This document shows, one piece after another, positions 1-14,605 of a DNA stretch of 58,425 bases (the first letter of the stretch is position 1; every line of letters starts with the position of its first letter). Below the pieces are notes generated by a model. The model was not told where the DNA came from, did not search any database, and saw only the letters and a list, made by a program, of their open reading frames with translations. The DNA comes from Mesotaenium endlicherianum (Eukaryota). The stretch spans positions 481,647 to 540,071 of the forward strand of contig WELA01003449.1 of assembly GCA_009602735.1 (NCBI GenBank), in the 5' to 3' direction. Both the position numbers and the translations under genes were made by a program.

Positions 1-424
1 CTTATCCCCGCCCCCCCCCCCTTCCCGCCCTCCACATCACTGTGTTATTTTCCACACGCGAGGTGGGCCTTGGCTCTAAGGACGGCAGGGGCAATGCCGT
101 GGCAAAGTGTCTGCTGTCGCTGCGCGCTGCCTAGCTCCTTCTTTTTTCGCTCCTTATTTCCGCAGTGGCAGTCTCGCGGATCCTCTGCTTGGGCCCTGTG
201 CCTCCTCCCATGCCACAATAATTTCCTCTTCATGACATCTCATCCTCACCTCCATCTTGTCCTCTCGTCTCCTTCTTTGCCTTTGCAAGTTCACTCTCCT
301 GACGTTTCTTGTTCTCCTTCTTCTTCCCCTTCTGTTCCTCCTCCTCCTCCTCCTCCTCCTCCTCCTTCTGCTTCTACTTCTGCTTCCTCTGCTCTATTTT
401 CTTTTGGTTGGGGAGGGGGGGCAG

Positions 425-2209
425 CTGAAGGCGATGGGCGTGGACAACATCATGCGCTTCGACTGGCTGTCGCCGCCCGCCCCGCAGGCCATGGTGCGCG
501 CGCTGGAGCTCCTCTTTGCGCTGGGCGCGCTCGACGCCGACGCCAAGCTCACGCGCCCGCTGGGCGTTCAGCTGGCAGAGATTCCCCTGGTAAGCGTGTG
601 CGTGTGTGAGGGTCCCTCCAGCTGGCCGCCAGCTGGCGCCAGCTGACGCGCGGGCTTATCGTAACTGTCGCAAAGATATGAGGAGTGTTCGACGCGTTCT
701 TATTCTGCAACGCTTGCAAGTCAAGCATCACAATGCTCGTGTCACCATGTCTATTAGGCTAAGATTTTTCCTCTTCCTTTCCGCTGCTTGAAAAAGTGTG
801 CTCATATACCCTACCTTCCCAAAAGCCCCTTCTGTTGGTAAGAATACTATCTGACATCGGTGCCTATGTATTATTTCCCTTATCTTCTTGGTCGAGGTCC
901 GTGAGCGGAAGGCTTGCTCTCCTTCTTCTACGCGTGCCAGCTGGCAGGGCGGGATTGGGGGAGGGGACCCGCATGGCAAGCCATAGTCCGACTGGAAGGC
1001 TTTGACGCATGCGGACACATCCACACCTGCTACTCTCTGCACTCTCGCATAGACCTCATGTTGCATCCTTTAGGCCGTCGTACATACGTGTGTGAGCCCG
1101 AAATCGAGAATGTTTGAGCATGCCTTGCCGTGGGCCACCGTCAGATGTCATCGCCCGAGCACTTGCCGGGGGCGGCAACACCCGCGAGCTGCAGGCATGC
1201 CTTCCCTCAATGTGGCATGCCTTCCCTGTGTATGTGGGGCCGGGGGGAGGGGAGGGAGGGGGGCGGGTTTCTGATCGGTGGGCAGGAGCCAATGGTGGCC
1301 AAGATGCTGTATGCTGCGGGGGACCTCGGGTGCTCCGAGGAGGCGCTCACGGTCGCCGCGTGCCTCTGCGTCCAGGTGCAGTGCACCTTTCCCAGCCTCT
1401 CCCGCCTTTGCGTCAGGGTGCAGCAAACGTAAGCAGCCTCTTGTGCCTCTCCGTCCGGGTGCAGCGAACCTAAGTAGCCTCGTGCATTTGCGTCCGGATG
1501 CAGCAAATCTGAATAGCCTTGTGCATCTAGGAGCATTGGACCTCACCTCCGTGGGTGACCAGCTGCCCCTCTTCCCTCTGCTCTCTTCCCTCTGCTCTCT
1601 CTCAGCTTGTTCGCCCGCAGACCCTGTGCTTGCTTGCGCTTGCGCACGTGCGCAAAATCACCTGCCCGCATATGCGGCTGTTCCACCGTGCTGCTGGGTG
1701 CGGCTGGGCCCGCCAAACGCGTACGACCTTGACTCGCGCCTGGCGGCGCTGCCGGCGACACGGAAAACCGGACACCCCGGACCGCAATCCAGGGGCGGTG
1801 GCTGGCCTGCTGGTCTGCGCACTCGTTGCCTGGCGTAGAGATGTGTGTGGAGGGAGCGGTTGAGCCCATCGACAGGCTGGCCAATCCAGCACTCGCCGCT
1901 CAATAGCAGCATTGCCAGCGGCGCTTATGGTGTTTGTTTCGCCGCCGTGTCTGCCCTCATGAATGTTGCGCCACAAAAGTCTCGGCGAGGTGATTGCGCG
2001 GTTGGTTTTTGCACGCGAGTTTGTGGCACGCTTTTTTGGTGAAACGTGCACGCAGCCCGGCACTCTCCAGAGCCCTGGGGTCCCGCCGCTCGAAGTGCGC
2101 AACATCCGCGTTGCAGCTGTGTCTGTCTGTGTTCTGCTCGTCTCATCCCTCTTCTCCCTCCTTCTTTCCCCCTGTGTGATTCCTTCCTTTTTCCCATCCT
2201 TTTTTTCGT

Positions 2210-2247
<38 letters not shown>

Positions 2248-5200
2248 TCTTCCTGCCTGTGCCCGGGCAGAGCGTGTGGACAAGCAGCCGCGGCCGAGTG
2301 AAGGAATTTGACGAGATCCGCGAGCGCTTCGCTGTCGCCGAGGTCAGCCCACGTTGCCGAAGCCCGTTACCTGCCACCCCCGCCTGTTCACGCCTGTCAC
2401 ACATGCCTGCACGCCAGCTGTCCTTGATCCCATTGATGCCCCAAGGCAGAGCCGGCCCGCTGGCGTGCTGGCCCCCTGCGGTGACGACAGCTGGCAGGCT
2501 TGTGTGTGCAAGAGCCCTTCGTGCATGTGTGCGAGTGTAAGTGCGGTGTGTCCGTGCGTGTGTGTGCGTGTGTGCTCTTGCTTGTTGGCAGGTAGCACGG
2601 GTACATTGTAGTTCCCGCCCTTCTTTGTTGTGCGGATATATTATTGTTGGTGGGGTTTGCATGCCTCTCCTGCAGCACTGCTGGCTTGTTGGCGCCCCTC
2701 CCCCTCTCTCGCCCCTTCCCCCCCCTCTCCCCCTTTCCCCTNTCCCCTGACGCAGCTGTCTCTCTTCTCCCGCTCCTTCGTTATTCTTTGAGAGGGGCTG
2801 CAGGGGGACCACGTGACATACCTGAATGTTTATGCCGCGTACATGCGCGCCTGCAGAGACAGCGCCAGCAAGGTGCCCCGATGGTGCCACGACAATTGCA
2901 TCAACTACCGGGCCATGGTGACGCGCCCTCTCTTTTTTGTATCTCTCTCTCGCTCTGTGTGTGCGCGTGTGTGTGTGCGTGCGTGTGTGTGTGTGTGTGC
3001 GTGCGTGCGTGTGTGTGTGTGTGTGGGAGTCCATATTTGTGTGTATAAATTGCACATGTATAACTGATTTGTTTGGCTGGACAGACATGAATTACATGTC
3101 AACGTAAGCTTCATGTATGCTATGAAGGGCAGGAAATTGACTGTGTGTCTGAGTCGGGGCTGTGCTACAAATAGGCTGCTAGGGTGATGTGACCACGCCT
3201 TTGTGAAGGGGAGGAGGGAGGGAGGGGCTGTGGCTTCTTTGACTATTTTCCTTCAGCTCCGCACAAAAAAAGGGAAGGGGCAAGCACTTTTGTCTTCTTT
3301 GGGGGAAAGATTGTGAGCCATGGAGAAAGTGGACATAGGGGGAGGCGGAGGCGGAGGTGGAGGCGGAGGGGGAGGGGGAGGGAGAGGGAGAGGACGATAA
3401 AGCGGGAGCAGGAGCACAGGAGTGGAGGAGGAGGCAGAGGGAGTGAGGTGCAGCGGGGGAGAGGGAAAGAGAACAAGTGAGGGAGGGAGCAGCAAGAGGC
3501 CGAGGCTGCTGGTTGCTGACTGCATGCTGCTCGTCGTCCGTGTGTGCCTGAAGGCATGCATGCATGCCTGAATCTTGCCTAGCGCTGTTGAGGGATACTC
3601 GTTGAGCTGCCTTTGCTCAGGCCCACTCTCTGCCTCTGCCTCTGCATCCCGCCCTGAACATGCGCGTGCGTGTGTGTGTGTGTGTGTGTGTGCGTGTGTC
3701 TGTGTGTGTGCGCGCGCTCTTGTGTGTGGGAGTGCAGGTGAGAGTGGCAGACACCAGGGCGCAGCTGCAGCGGCTGCTGCAGCGGTTGGCCATTCCCGTT
3801 AGCTCCTGCGGCCGCGACACTGTGGTAAGCACAAAATGCTCTCCCCTAACTTCCTTTGGCTCTTGATTCCTTGAGGTTGAAAATTCTGTCGATGTGCTCG
3901 ATGCCTGCGGTTGGGGGCCTACGTCCAATTCACTTGTGCATCTGTACAACAGATTGGGTGCACCAATCGGGCAGGCAGGCAGGCCGGCAGGCAGGCATGC
4001 AGGCCAGCAAGAAGGCAGGCAGAATTAAAAACAGGTGGACAGTTGCCAGACAGACGGAGGCATAGCTGGATGGATTGACATACGAAGGGACAGACGGGCG
4101 GACGGAAGGACAAACAGAAGGAAGGACGGAGGGACGGGCAGATGAGTGGATGCGCGGATGGTGGACAGACAGGGGGACAAATGGGAGTACAGACAGCGGG
4201 ACTGACGCGCGGACAAACGGACGGATGCACTGATGCAGATGGGCGCGCACTCAATTGGCGACTGGGGCTGCGCAACTAGGGCTGGGCACGGTTGGCGGCT
4301 TGGGTTGCGCTTATGAGCGGGTTGGGTACATGCGTGACTTGCACTCTCTTGAAGTTGTCGGTGTGAGGCAGCCAGCAGTGCGCGCACACGTGGGGTCCTT
4401 CCGGCCTGCACGAGCTGACATCTGTCTGTTCTGCTGGAGAGCAATGATGCACGAGCACACGCTGTGCGCGCCGTCGTGGCTTGTGCTTGACGATGCTCTC
4501 TCGTCTTTCCGTCTGTGTGGGCTGCAGCCAATCAGGAAGGCCGTGACAGCTGGCTTCTTTGCAAATGCCGCCCAGCTGCAGGTATGTAGGCAGGCGTGCG
4601 CATGCAGGCAGTCAGACTTGCGTGCACACACACTCGCATGCACATACTCTCGCGCACGCGCTTACACACACACACGCTCGCGGGCGCGCGCGCGCGCACA
4701 TGCATACAGATAGTGCTCAAGCATCTCAGGGTACTCGGCTGCTGGTCGACGCTTCCCTTCATCTTGTAAAGCGCGGAAGACGTAAGCAGGCTTGCAACCA
4801 CTCCTTTCTTGTGGCTCGCCGTGCTCTGTGCAAAGAGCGCGGCGAAAGTTCCCGGTCCAAGTGACGTGACGAAGAAGGCTCCAGAACACCTTGGTGACGG
4901 TTTTCCTGGCTCTGACGTGTGTTTGCCGTCGCGAGTGGGACAGCTGTCAGCACGGGTGCAGTCACTCATTAGGCTCGTGTGAGACAGTCGAGATGCCAAA
5001 GGAATGTGTGATACTCAGAAGGTGTGCTGCTGCTTCATATGCCTTACCATCCGCATCTCTGCGGGGCTGTGCAGTACTTGATTAATTTAAGGGCATGACA
5101 GGCTATTCAATACTGGGACCATAGGTTGTATTCGGAATCAGAGAGAAAAACGAGAGGGGTAACTTTTTTCTCCAATCATGCCACTGCCAGCTTGACCTGC

Positions 5201-6059
5201 GGGCCACACTCTGGGGATAAATTGATAAAATTGTCGGTGGGGTCGCGCTACCTGGCAGGTGCACGGGGACAACGCCACGTATGCGACAGTGAGAGGCCAG
5301 CTGGCGCTCAAGATCCACCCGTCCTCCGTCCTCTTCAGGTTGTTGTCAAAACCCGAGTGATGTGCTTCTTGCACACATCGCTGGCGTGCGCTCTCTCTGG
5401 GGGGGTTTGATGCCGGCAAAGAGATGAAGCGTGTCACTTCAGCTCTGAATTTGATCCTGCATGTGACGTGGCAATCTCTTGTTTTCCTGTCCGCACCAGT
5501 CCGCACCGCCACCACTAAATCTGGAGAGCTGGCACGGGTAGTACAGCTGGCGAGCCCGGCTCCCAAATGCTGCTCGTGTGCATGTGCACACGTGCTGCGC
5601 CAGAGGCAAGACTTGCTGGTAGCTCATGTATCTGCAAACTTCAGAATGAGCAGACTTGCGAAGGGCTTCGATTGGAGGTGCATCATTCAAGCCAGGAGCT
5701 AGGTCTACGTTAAAAGAAGCAGCACAGCAGCCCATGACTGGTGGTGGAGGAAAGGCAAGAACCCCTGCTGCAGGCAGCCGCGTCAAGACACCAAGGGCAC
5801 GTATCGTTTATGCTTTGTGTGAGTCAGACTAAGTGTTGATTGACTATGAGTTCATGTGAGGCGTTACCATCACAGACTTCTAATTGTTGATCGCTGGTTC
5901 TTATGGGTTGCCTGCAGAGCAACGCCTAAGTGGGTGGTGTTCAACTCCATACGGGCGATGGGGCATGTGACCTACATGCAAGAGGTGGCTGCCATAGATG
6001 CCAGTTGGCTTACTGAGCTAGCTCCCCACTTCTACCAGCATCAGCCTCCAAGGCGATAG
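425..6059 (+). CDS. DHX35: DEAH-box RNA helicase, DHX35/DEAH9-like (3' part: HA2 and OB-fold domains; 5' exons lie upstream of the window)
   Basis: Eight GT-AG exons with matching phases: 425-589, 1286-1375, 2271-2342, 2804-2917, 3738-3824, 4528-4581, 5259-5338, 5918-6059 (TAG). They translate to LKAMGVDNIMRFDWLSPP..ALELLFALGALDADAKLT..LAEIPL|EPMVAKML..LGCSEEALTVAA..|GDHVTYLNVY..|IRKAVTAGFFANAA..|KIHPSSVLFR|PKWVVF..IDASWLTELAPHFY, typical of the DEAH helicase C-terminus. Confidence 0.88.
1360..1530 (+). repeat. ~40-bp minisatellite (about 4 diverged units) that starts inside a helicase exon and runs into the intron
   Basis: Units resembling gtgc(c/a)t(c/t)tgcgtcc(a/g)g(g/a)tgcagc start near 1360, 1403, 1443 and 1482. 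Confidence 0.7.
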
Positions 6060-6774
6060 TAGTATTCGTCTCGTATGTCCTTTCACTATATTGCACACAT
6101 AACCGTGCAGGAGGTAGATGGCAAAGTCTAAGAAAAGAATGTGTTCTGGACGCATGTCTGAACACTTATATCAAGGCAGGTCACTCGATGCAAGTCTGGG
6201 CACTTGCATGATGTCGAATCTTGAATCATCGAAACCAAGAGCTTCAGATCTTGTACAAATTCTGCACGCCTGGTTGATGACTGGTTGACAAAGGTGTGCA
6301 GAGTGTGCTTATGTTTTTTCTTTAGTAAAGGCAGTGGGTCCATCATCACAAATATAGGTGCTGAAAAATCAAGCAAGCCATTTGGCAAGTTCACGTGGTA
6401 ATATGCTCAGATTGGCAAGCAAGAAGTTTGAAATTCTGAAACATTTTACTCAGAAAAATGGGCCACAATTTGGCCTTTCTCAGACTAGCTTATTTTGGAA
6501 CTGCATGCATAACATATAAGAGGGGCTACGAGAATAAAAGCTGCACTTTGTATTGCTACAGACTTTTCTCTCCCTACTAGATTCCAACTCGCTCTGAGCT
6601 GGTATGTGAAGGTCAGATGATCTACATCACACTCCAGGCGTGCTGCAGCTCTACTTGACTTGCTAAAAGGATGGATCACTCACAAAATTTTAACATGCAA
6701 GGTGCACAGCACAGAAGTGGCTGCAGACTAAGCTCAAAGTCTCGACTGCGACAGCAAACTAAGTTCAAAGCCTT

Positions 6775-6980
6775 CTAACTGCGACCAAAGATGAGACCTC
6801 CGTGTGCCACAAAGAAGGGAGCAAAAACCAAAGACTCAACAGCCATGAGCTTCACGAGGATGTTGAGCGACGGGCCGGAGGTGTCCTTCAGGGGGTCACC
6901 AATGGTGTCACCAATGACTGCGGCCTTGTGTGCGTCGGAGCCCTTGGGGCCAAGGCTCTTGGCGTGCTCGCTGTTGCCAG

Positions 6981-7011
<31 letters not shown>

Positions 7012-10000
7012 ACCGCCGGTGTTGGAGGCTGAGATAGCAATCTGTACGCCTGACACGAGGGCACCGGCCAGAAGGCCAGCCAGCGTCTTCTTTCCAAAGA
7101 GCAGGCCTACGATGAGGGGACTGAGCATGACAAGGCACCCCGGGGCAATCATCTCCTGGAGGGAGGCGGCAGTGGAGATCTCCACGCACTTCTTGTAGTC
7201 GGGCTTGGTGGTTCCCTCCATGATGCCGGGAATGGTCCTGAATTGTCTCCTCACCTCCTCAACCATGGAGAGAGCAGCCTTGCCCACACTCTTCATGGTC
7301 ATGGCAGAGAACCAGTATGGGAGCATGGCACCGACCAAAAGACCAACGAATGTCTGCACAGACATCCAGCCAATAAGGCCGTCAAAACCAGGCAGCCCAG
7401 CCAACCATCCCCCCAGAAAACACATTGCAAAAAAACATCCCCACATGTATCTCACAGTGGAGTGTTCCTTCCACATGAGCCTCCACAGTCATAAGTCTTC
7501 TCATTGAAAGATAGCGCAGAGATGATGCAAGGAGAGTGATGCGGGTAAAATAACACCTTGCTATCCCTCATCAAGCCTAATAGCCACAAATTGCCCCACC
7601 AGACTTTACAAGGATGCAGGCCAGCAAGACGCATGCACCTTTCTTATACAACTTACACCAGGACAAACTCAAATGACATGTTCACGATTTGAGCTGAATG
7701 CATACCTGGGGGTCAATGACATCAACAGTGGCAATTCCAGCTCTCCTGACGTAGGCCCCAAATAGAGCAAGGGACACGAGAGCTGCTGACCCGATGGCAA
7801 AGCCCTGCATTGTACAGCACAATTAAGAAACAACAAGCCGCTCAGCTTACTGATGTTACACAACATGTTCCCTTAGCTAAACGTCCTCCACTTATGCTAC
7901 GCCATCCAACTTTCCTCGGGAGACCCGCAACGACAGGCATATGCAGAAAGCCACGTGAGTCACTCGATGCACAGGCAGCAGTAGTAATGGCCTTCGGCTG
8001 AAATCATTGCATGTCTCTATGTCCCGGAACCTGCTCTCATAGTCAATACCTTGCCAATAGCAGCAGTGGTGTTGCCGGCAGCGTCCAAGGCATCAGTGCG
8101 GTCACGGATCTCCTCACCCATACCAGCCATCTCAGCAATTCCTCCAGCATTGTCACTGATGGGGCCGTATGCGTCAATAGCCAAACCAGTAGAGAGAGTG
8201 CTGAGCATGCCCAGGGCTGCGACAGCAATTCCATACATGGCTGCCAGGGAGAAGCTGAGGTAGATGGCGATGGCAATGGCAAACACAGGGATGATGACTG
8301 ACTGGTAACCAAGAGCAAGTCCGAAGATGACATTAGTCGCAGCACCGGTCCTGCATGAGTCAGCCACATCCTGAACAGGCCTGCAGACATTTGAACAGGA
8401 CAAGGATAGACAAGCAAGTGTGTTTATATCAGAACTGAACCCAAAATAGAGGCTTATTGTGAGAAGTAAGTGGTCAGCCTCAGCAGGCTGTTCCATGGCA
8501 AACATATTCCCTCTGTATGGATGACAACGTCCTAATTATGTGTCATGTGCAACCATCAGCGGTGGAGCCATAAAAACCCTAACCAAAGCAACAAAAAAGT
8601 TTTCCTCACAAAAAATTGAAAAACAGCATTCATGTAGAATTTAAAATGCGAAGATCACACTCAAGCCAGTAGGATGAAGATAGCTTCAATACCTGTATGT
8701 GTTGCTGGTAAAGTACTCAGTCACAAAACCAATGATCAGGCCAGCCCACAGACCAGAGATAACGCAAATGAAGATGTGCCTGCACCAAGTTGACAAATGC
8801 GTTAGTACAAAACCTAAACAGAACGGACCTAGCTTTCGGCATGCAAATAAACGCATCACTAGCTAATTTAAGTGATTATAGAAAAGGATGACTAAACAAT
8901 ATCAGTTTACCACACCACCTATGCTAAATTTCTCATTAAACAACTTGCTTTGCCAGCGGTATGGTGAAGATGTGTAATAGCAGCATGCATGAACCCCCAG
9001 ACTAATTAAGAGGAGGAGTGTCTACACATTACATTCCCCTCAGCTTGAAAGGGCAGTTCTAAACCGTGATGGTGCTGGTGTGTGGGAACAGCAATCAAGA
9101 AGGCAAGATGCTGCATTAAGCCATACTGCGCTAAATGCGGAAATTGGAAAGGGAATAAACTTACCACCACTTAACAACCTTGTCGGGCTTCCCAACAAGG
9201 GTGATAGTGAAGGTGGTGGGCAGGGCAAGGTAGGCGATAAGCAGCACAACTGGGGTCATCACTATGGTGGAAATGACAAGCTGCCTCTTCAAAGCTGGTT
9301 CAATCTGGCTGTTCTCGGTAATTCTGAAGAAGTCGGTGGCAAAGAGAGTGGTGAAGAGGCAGACAAAGAGTCCAGATGCGCTGACAAGGAGGGGGAAGAG
9401 CATGGCGGTGAAGTTGTGCTCCACTCCAAAGCTGGAGAGAGATGAAATGACAAGAGCAGCGCAGGTAGACTCGGCAAATGAACCGAAAAGGTCAGATCCC
9501 ATGCCAGCAATGTCTCCAACGTTGTCTCCCACGTTGTCAGCAATGACCTGCAATCATAATGTGACTCTGATCAGAGGCAGAAATCACTGAGAGGAACACA
9601 GACCTGTTAAAGCAAAGATGCAAAACAGTGACTTAAAAGTAGCTCAGTCACGAGTAAGCTTCCAAAACATTCAGGTGGTTATCCTGAACAAGTGACTAAC
9701 GCTTTGAGAAGCTAGACATAATAAAGCTTATGGCTGAAGCTTGGTACGTACCGCAGGGTTACGAGGGTCATCCTCGGGGATGCCCTGCTCAACCTTGCCG
9801 ACCAAGTCAGCACCAACATCAGCTGCCTTAGTGTAGATACCACCACCGACACGTCCAAATAGGGCCACAGAGGAACCTCCAAGCCCGTATCCAGTGATAG
9901 CCTCAAAAAGGCCCTCCCAGTCATTCTTGTAGTACAGCTTGAAGAGAACAATGGTAATAAAGAGCACAAGGAGGCCAAGGGACGACAGAAGGAAGCCCAT

Positions 10001-11263
10001 GACTGCTCCTGAGCGGAACGCAACAATGAAGGCATAACCGACGCCCTTGCGAGCCTCCAGTGTGGTACGAGCATTGGCGTCTGCATGGACAAAGGCCGAG
10101 GGCAACAATCACAAAAGTTCAGAAGCTCTACATGCAGATGGAAGGTGCTCCGCTGCTGACTAGCAAGCAACATGCCCCTTGAAAACGAAACAATAGTTTT
10201 ACACCTGACCTCCTATGAGGCTGATGATGATTTTATACATAGCGGTTCATATGGGACATGAGTTTCAGCAGAGTAAAACATAAACAAAAAGGGAGGACAG
10301 ACGAAACAAAACAGCTCTCAATTTTCACCAATATTATACTCAACAAATTGCAATAAGCATGTCGCCGCATTGTTTCACATAGCAGAACAAAGGAAGAATA
10401 GGTAAGAATGCAATTGGTATGCACAAAGAAGGCTAGTATTCTTCAAATTTATAACATAATTCCAGCTTAAAACCGAGATGACACCGATACAGCACAGCAA
10501 CTTGCACACAGTCATTCAGACTTACACGTTGCAATCCTCATCCCGAAAAACCCGGAGATGGTGGAAGTCAAAGCTCCCAAGATGAAAGCAATGACACTGA
10601 AGATGGCGTTTGCCATGGCAGGGGCACAATCCTGATCGGGATCCTCAACACATGGCCTCCACTTGGTGTTGAAGCTCTCAACAGATCCCAGGAAGAGGAA
10701 GATGATGACAGCGAACAAGCTCATGAACACGGCCAAGTACTTGTACTCCGTGAACAAGAACGAGTTGGAACCTACATTCACAACGGCCAATGTCAGATAG
10801 TGAGTTCATTAAATTGATAAGGAAACAATGTGCTGTATCTGAATGAAGAAGTCATAGGCACACAAGCTGGAAATAATTGTGACAGCTTTGTCATCGCTAT
10901 GGGAACAGTTGACATAAGAAAAGTTCAATTCCAGCTGGTCGTACTGCTTGTGAGTTTGCATACGGCAGACAATCCTAGGGGAGCACGCATGGTGGGAATA
11001 CCCAGAGAGATGGCGTTCTGAATCTCAGCCACCAGCTGCGAGACGTTAGAGTTGTCCACTCCATCCTCCTCAGCAAGGACGTAGTTGCCGTCAGCTGCTG
11101 CCTGGTTTCCAACCTTGACCTTTGACACTAGATACCACTGGAAAAGAGCAAAGACAATACCGACGACAGCAGCGGCAGGAATGAAGACGGAGACAACAGA
11201 AACTCCAGCAACAGACTGTAAAGCCTGCGACTCAGCCATGGCGAGAGTTACTGTATCCGCCAT
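6775..11263 (-). CDS. AVP1: Vacuolar H+-translocating inorganic pyrophosphatase, type I (K+-dependent), complete
   Basis: Eight exons on minus: 11263-11002, 10771-10526, 10080-9752, 9547-9165, 8779-8693, 8380-8050, 7804-7706, 7353-6775. Motifs [60 protein letters not shown] (Ala form = K+-dependent), [12 protein letters not shown] and [11 protein letters not shown]. Confidence 0.97.
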
Positions 11264-13844
11264 AGTTATTACTAAGCTGTGAATAGCTCACAGCTGAAAT
11301 AACGGTAGCTGCTGAGCAAATTGACTTCCGAAAGCACTTCTAACGCCGCCGGTCGGTATATGAAGCAATTTTCTGAAGCATTCGCAAGCGGAATCGTGCA
11401 TTCCCAAGTTCGTGGGAGCTCTTGGGGTCCCCCGCGTATACTCTACTGCCACTTCGTCCCCACCTCCGTGTTCATTGATCATCTCCGTGCCGCAGATCAT
11501 CCCCCTAACCCACGTGGAGTATGTAATGTGGCCGTCCGATACAGGCAGCTGCAATCCGTCTATAGCTCGAGCGGTCCGATCTTAATCACAGCAGTCAGCA
11601 ACGCTGGCAGCAGCTGTATAACCTAGACTGCTCCCACTCCCGACTGCTCCCCGAGTCCCGAGTCACGAGTCCCGACTCAGATTCCTGACCAGTTTTTCCC
11701 AGATTCGAGTCGGAGAGAGTATGCTGGACTCGAGCAAAGTGCAGCAGATCAAGCACAGCAGAGCACGCTGGAGTCCGGACTGCCGCAGTGGTCCACACTG
11801 GACACGCCCCAAAATTGTCGAAAAAAGCCCGTTGTGCAGTTCAATGCAGTTCAATGCAGTTCAATGCCGTCATTCGAAGATTCCAAGAATCAATTTCAAT
11901 CCAAATGACATGTCACTGGCTGCCCTAACGCTCTGCTGGATAGGTGCTTGCCCGCAGCATCCTGAACTGCTCTCTCTCAAAAGAGCGACAGGATCTTTTT
12001 ACTCCCCAGATGCACCAAAATGCGTCTCTAATGGCGTCCTTCTCGACGTTGGTTACTTGTACACAGAGTTACGACTGTACGCCAATGTGGGCAAGCAAGA
12101 GGGCCCGGAACCGTGGGGTGGTGACTCGTTCGGGATTCCGGGTTGAATTATGTCACTTTTTGTATCACAAAAAGAATATGTTGTCATTAATTTTAGCTGG
12201 AGAAGTTAAACCAGATAATCTTGTGCAAGAAAATACAGAAAAAAAAGTGTTGTGGCCCGTCTTCCAAGTTCAACGATAGTTATCAATAATCTCAGAAAAT
12301 GTTGCAACAAGTAACACCCAATGTCTAAGACCATCCCCGATATGAAGAATGCACTAAGTGGACGCCTTTCTCAAGCCAACAATTTAGTCCAATCCTCAAA
12401 TGTCTAAGCGATTAATCAATTGAGTGATCTAGAGCCATCTTTCGGATACAAGTTGGTCCACAAATTATCGGTCGGCCAAATGAAGAAATGAAGACCTTAA
12501 ATTCTGATTTTTTTAGGGCTATAGCAGCAGGTTCATGTACAATTCTAGCTTGAGCTCTTTGTAAGCTACAACTAAACCTGCTGTTCGCACTCATGTCTCT
12601 ATAATCAACATCACCTCTAAGAACACTACAGCTATCAGTCATCGTCTGCTCTGCACAAGATTGAAGGAATGCAAAGAGCGTGTGCTGCGTGCGGCGTGCC
12701 CAAACATCCAAAAACTTTAGCCACGAGCGACACGAGGGTAATCTTAATCGATTATTGTTATAATGACAACACGTAAATGCCTCCTTGCCTTTCATTGGCA
12801 ACATTGAGACCTCAAAGATACCCGTTCAGTGTTGGCTTGGAAAAACCACATCTTGAATTTTTGTTTTGTTGATGCATGCAAAATGAAGAGATGTACTGTT
12901 CAGATAGAGCCAAAAGTATTACAATCAAATAGGATTATTTTTTCTTGCGAGCAGTCAATCAAAATTTGGCTTCTTGACAAAGAAGTTAAAAATCTTTTGG
13001 ATGGCTGCCATTGCTGTGCTTGGTGCAACTCTAGCCACACCAAAAAAAGAAAACGTGAAAAAATACCCCAAAGGAAAATTGTGGACTAGCCAGTAGTATA
13101 AAAGTACCAATTGTTAATTTCACTGACATACTGCAGGACATTCCACCAAGCCTTCAAATCAAAGGTGATTTGGCAACCGTGTTTGTAATTTTCTCCAGTC
13201 AATCCGGACCAATCGATCACCTTCAAGTTGTCTTGCCACGTGTATAGTGTTGCGCCCTATTGCTGCCAAGGGCCTTGGTTCTGGCATGTGGTACCTTTGG
13301 AAGAAGAATGCACGGGCAAGCGGCCTTAGATGCCGATGGAGAGCACTCGCACAAAATGTTGGACATTGTTACTCGACGTCCAGAGCTCATAACACATGGC
13401 AAATCGTAGGGTGGCCGTGTCAAGCTTCAGACCTAATGCAGTTGCTTCCAATCACTACTGTTCAAACAATGGAAACACAAAATACCCTCATTCACTTAGA
13501 ACATATGTGCTAGTCGTTTCCCTTGTCGCGTCAAGGTCCTTAAACAGAATTTTGATGGTAGCGGAAAAAACGAAGTTCACGAGTTACATACACAATTTGA
13601 AATTAAATAAACTAACAAGTCAAGAAGAAGAGTGCAAAAGCTGCAGCTTGCATTGTATAGCAAAGGGAAATTGATGGTTGTGCATATTTTGTGCAACAAG
13701 AGATTGACTGTAGACGTGATACCTGCTGCTATGTCACACGGCAAACTTGCAAGCCCCAACGGAGTCTTCCATTAACAAACTCCAAACCTACAGTGCACTC
13801 GACAATCACTACAAAAAAACTTTGACACTTTTCAAGGCCGCAAC

Positions 13845-14605
13845 TGAAAGGGGCAGAGTGCCCTAGTGGAAGCGTAGTGACTCACGAGGAAAGGAACTAG
13901 TTGCCATCATACTAGAGAGTGCAGCGGCATATCACTAACAAAGCTTAGGAAAATTACTCAACATTTTGAGTAGCAAGAAACTGCTCACAAATGATGTAGG
14001 ATGAAAGGCCTTGTCATTACAAACCCGTAGAAATTTACAGAAGTGAAAACTGATAAGAAACAAAGAAGTTATGCCTATTTATAATTTTCTGCCTAAGTGC
14101 TCCTCCCTAGGAGGAAGCTACGGATTTTCCTAAGTGTTCGTCAAATCGTCCCTTCCAGAATATTCGTGAGTAAGCCAGATCAGTCTAATCTGACGTGTCG
14201 GGCCGAATTGACGTCCACATACATGCATCGACATTACTAGAATATTCTATCTTAGACGCGCTAGGCTAAATCGAAACTTCTAGGTAAATCGACCTAGTCG
14301 GCACTCCGCGTCAGCCGAACTTACGTGAAGGTTCGAGTTCATTCTAACGGGCCAGATCGCTCGACGCTGTCGGTCAATCCGACGGTCCTGCTCACCGCGA
14401 ATTAAGGACAGTCGTCAACCGATCTCAAAACTAATTAAACTTCAGAAATCCGTAACTCTCTCAATACTTGACCAAATTCGATGAACTTTATATCAAAATG
14501 ACCANNNNNNNNNNNNNNNNNNNNNNNNNNNNTTACAATCANTATACAATCAAAACATACCTTCATGAAACTCAAAAATGCACTTTATAAACCTATGACC
14601 TTACA
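13845..14605 (-). repeat. 3' LTR of family A element (contains a short N gap)
   Basis: tgaaaggggcagagtg...atgaccttaca on plus; highly similar to 19261-20004; next to the polypurine tract. Confidence 0.93.

Noticed and set aside
1925..4999. Many ORF-track entries rich in HT, CV, RE or SL dipeptides (here and at 30.5-41 kb and 55.7-57.6 kb)
   Set aside because: They are translations of intronic microsatellites on either strand, not genes.
11600..13840. Short ORFs and small repeats (ccgagtc-like units; tgcagttcaa x3) upstream of the H+-PPase gene
   Set aside because: No recognisable protein motif or element boundary; probably promoter and intergenic DNA.
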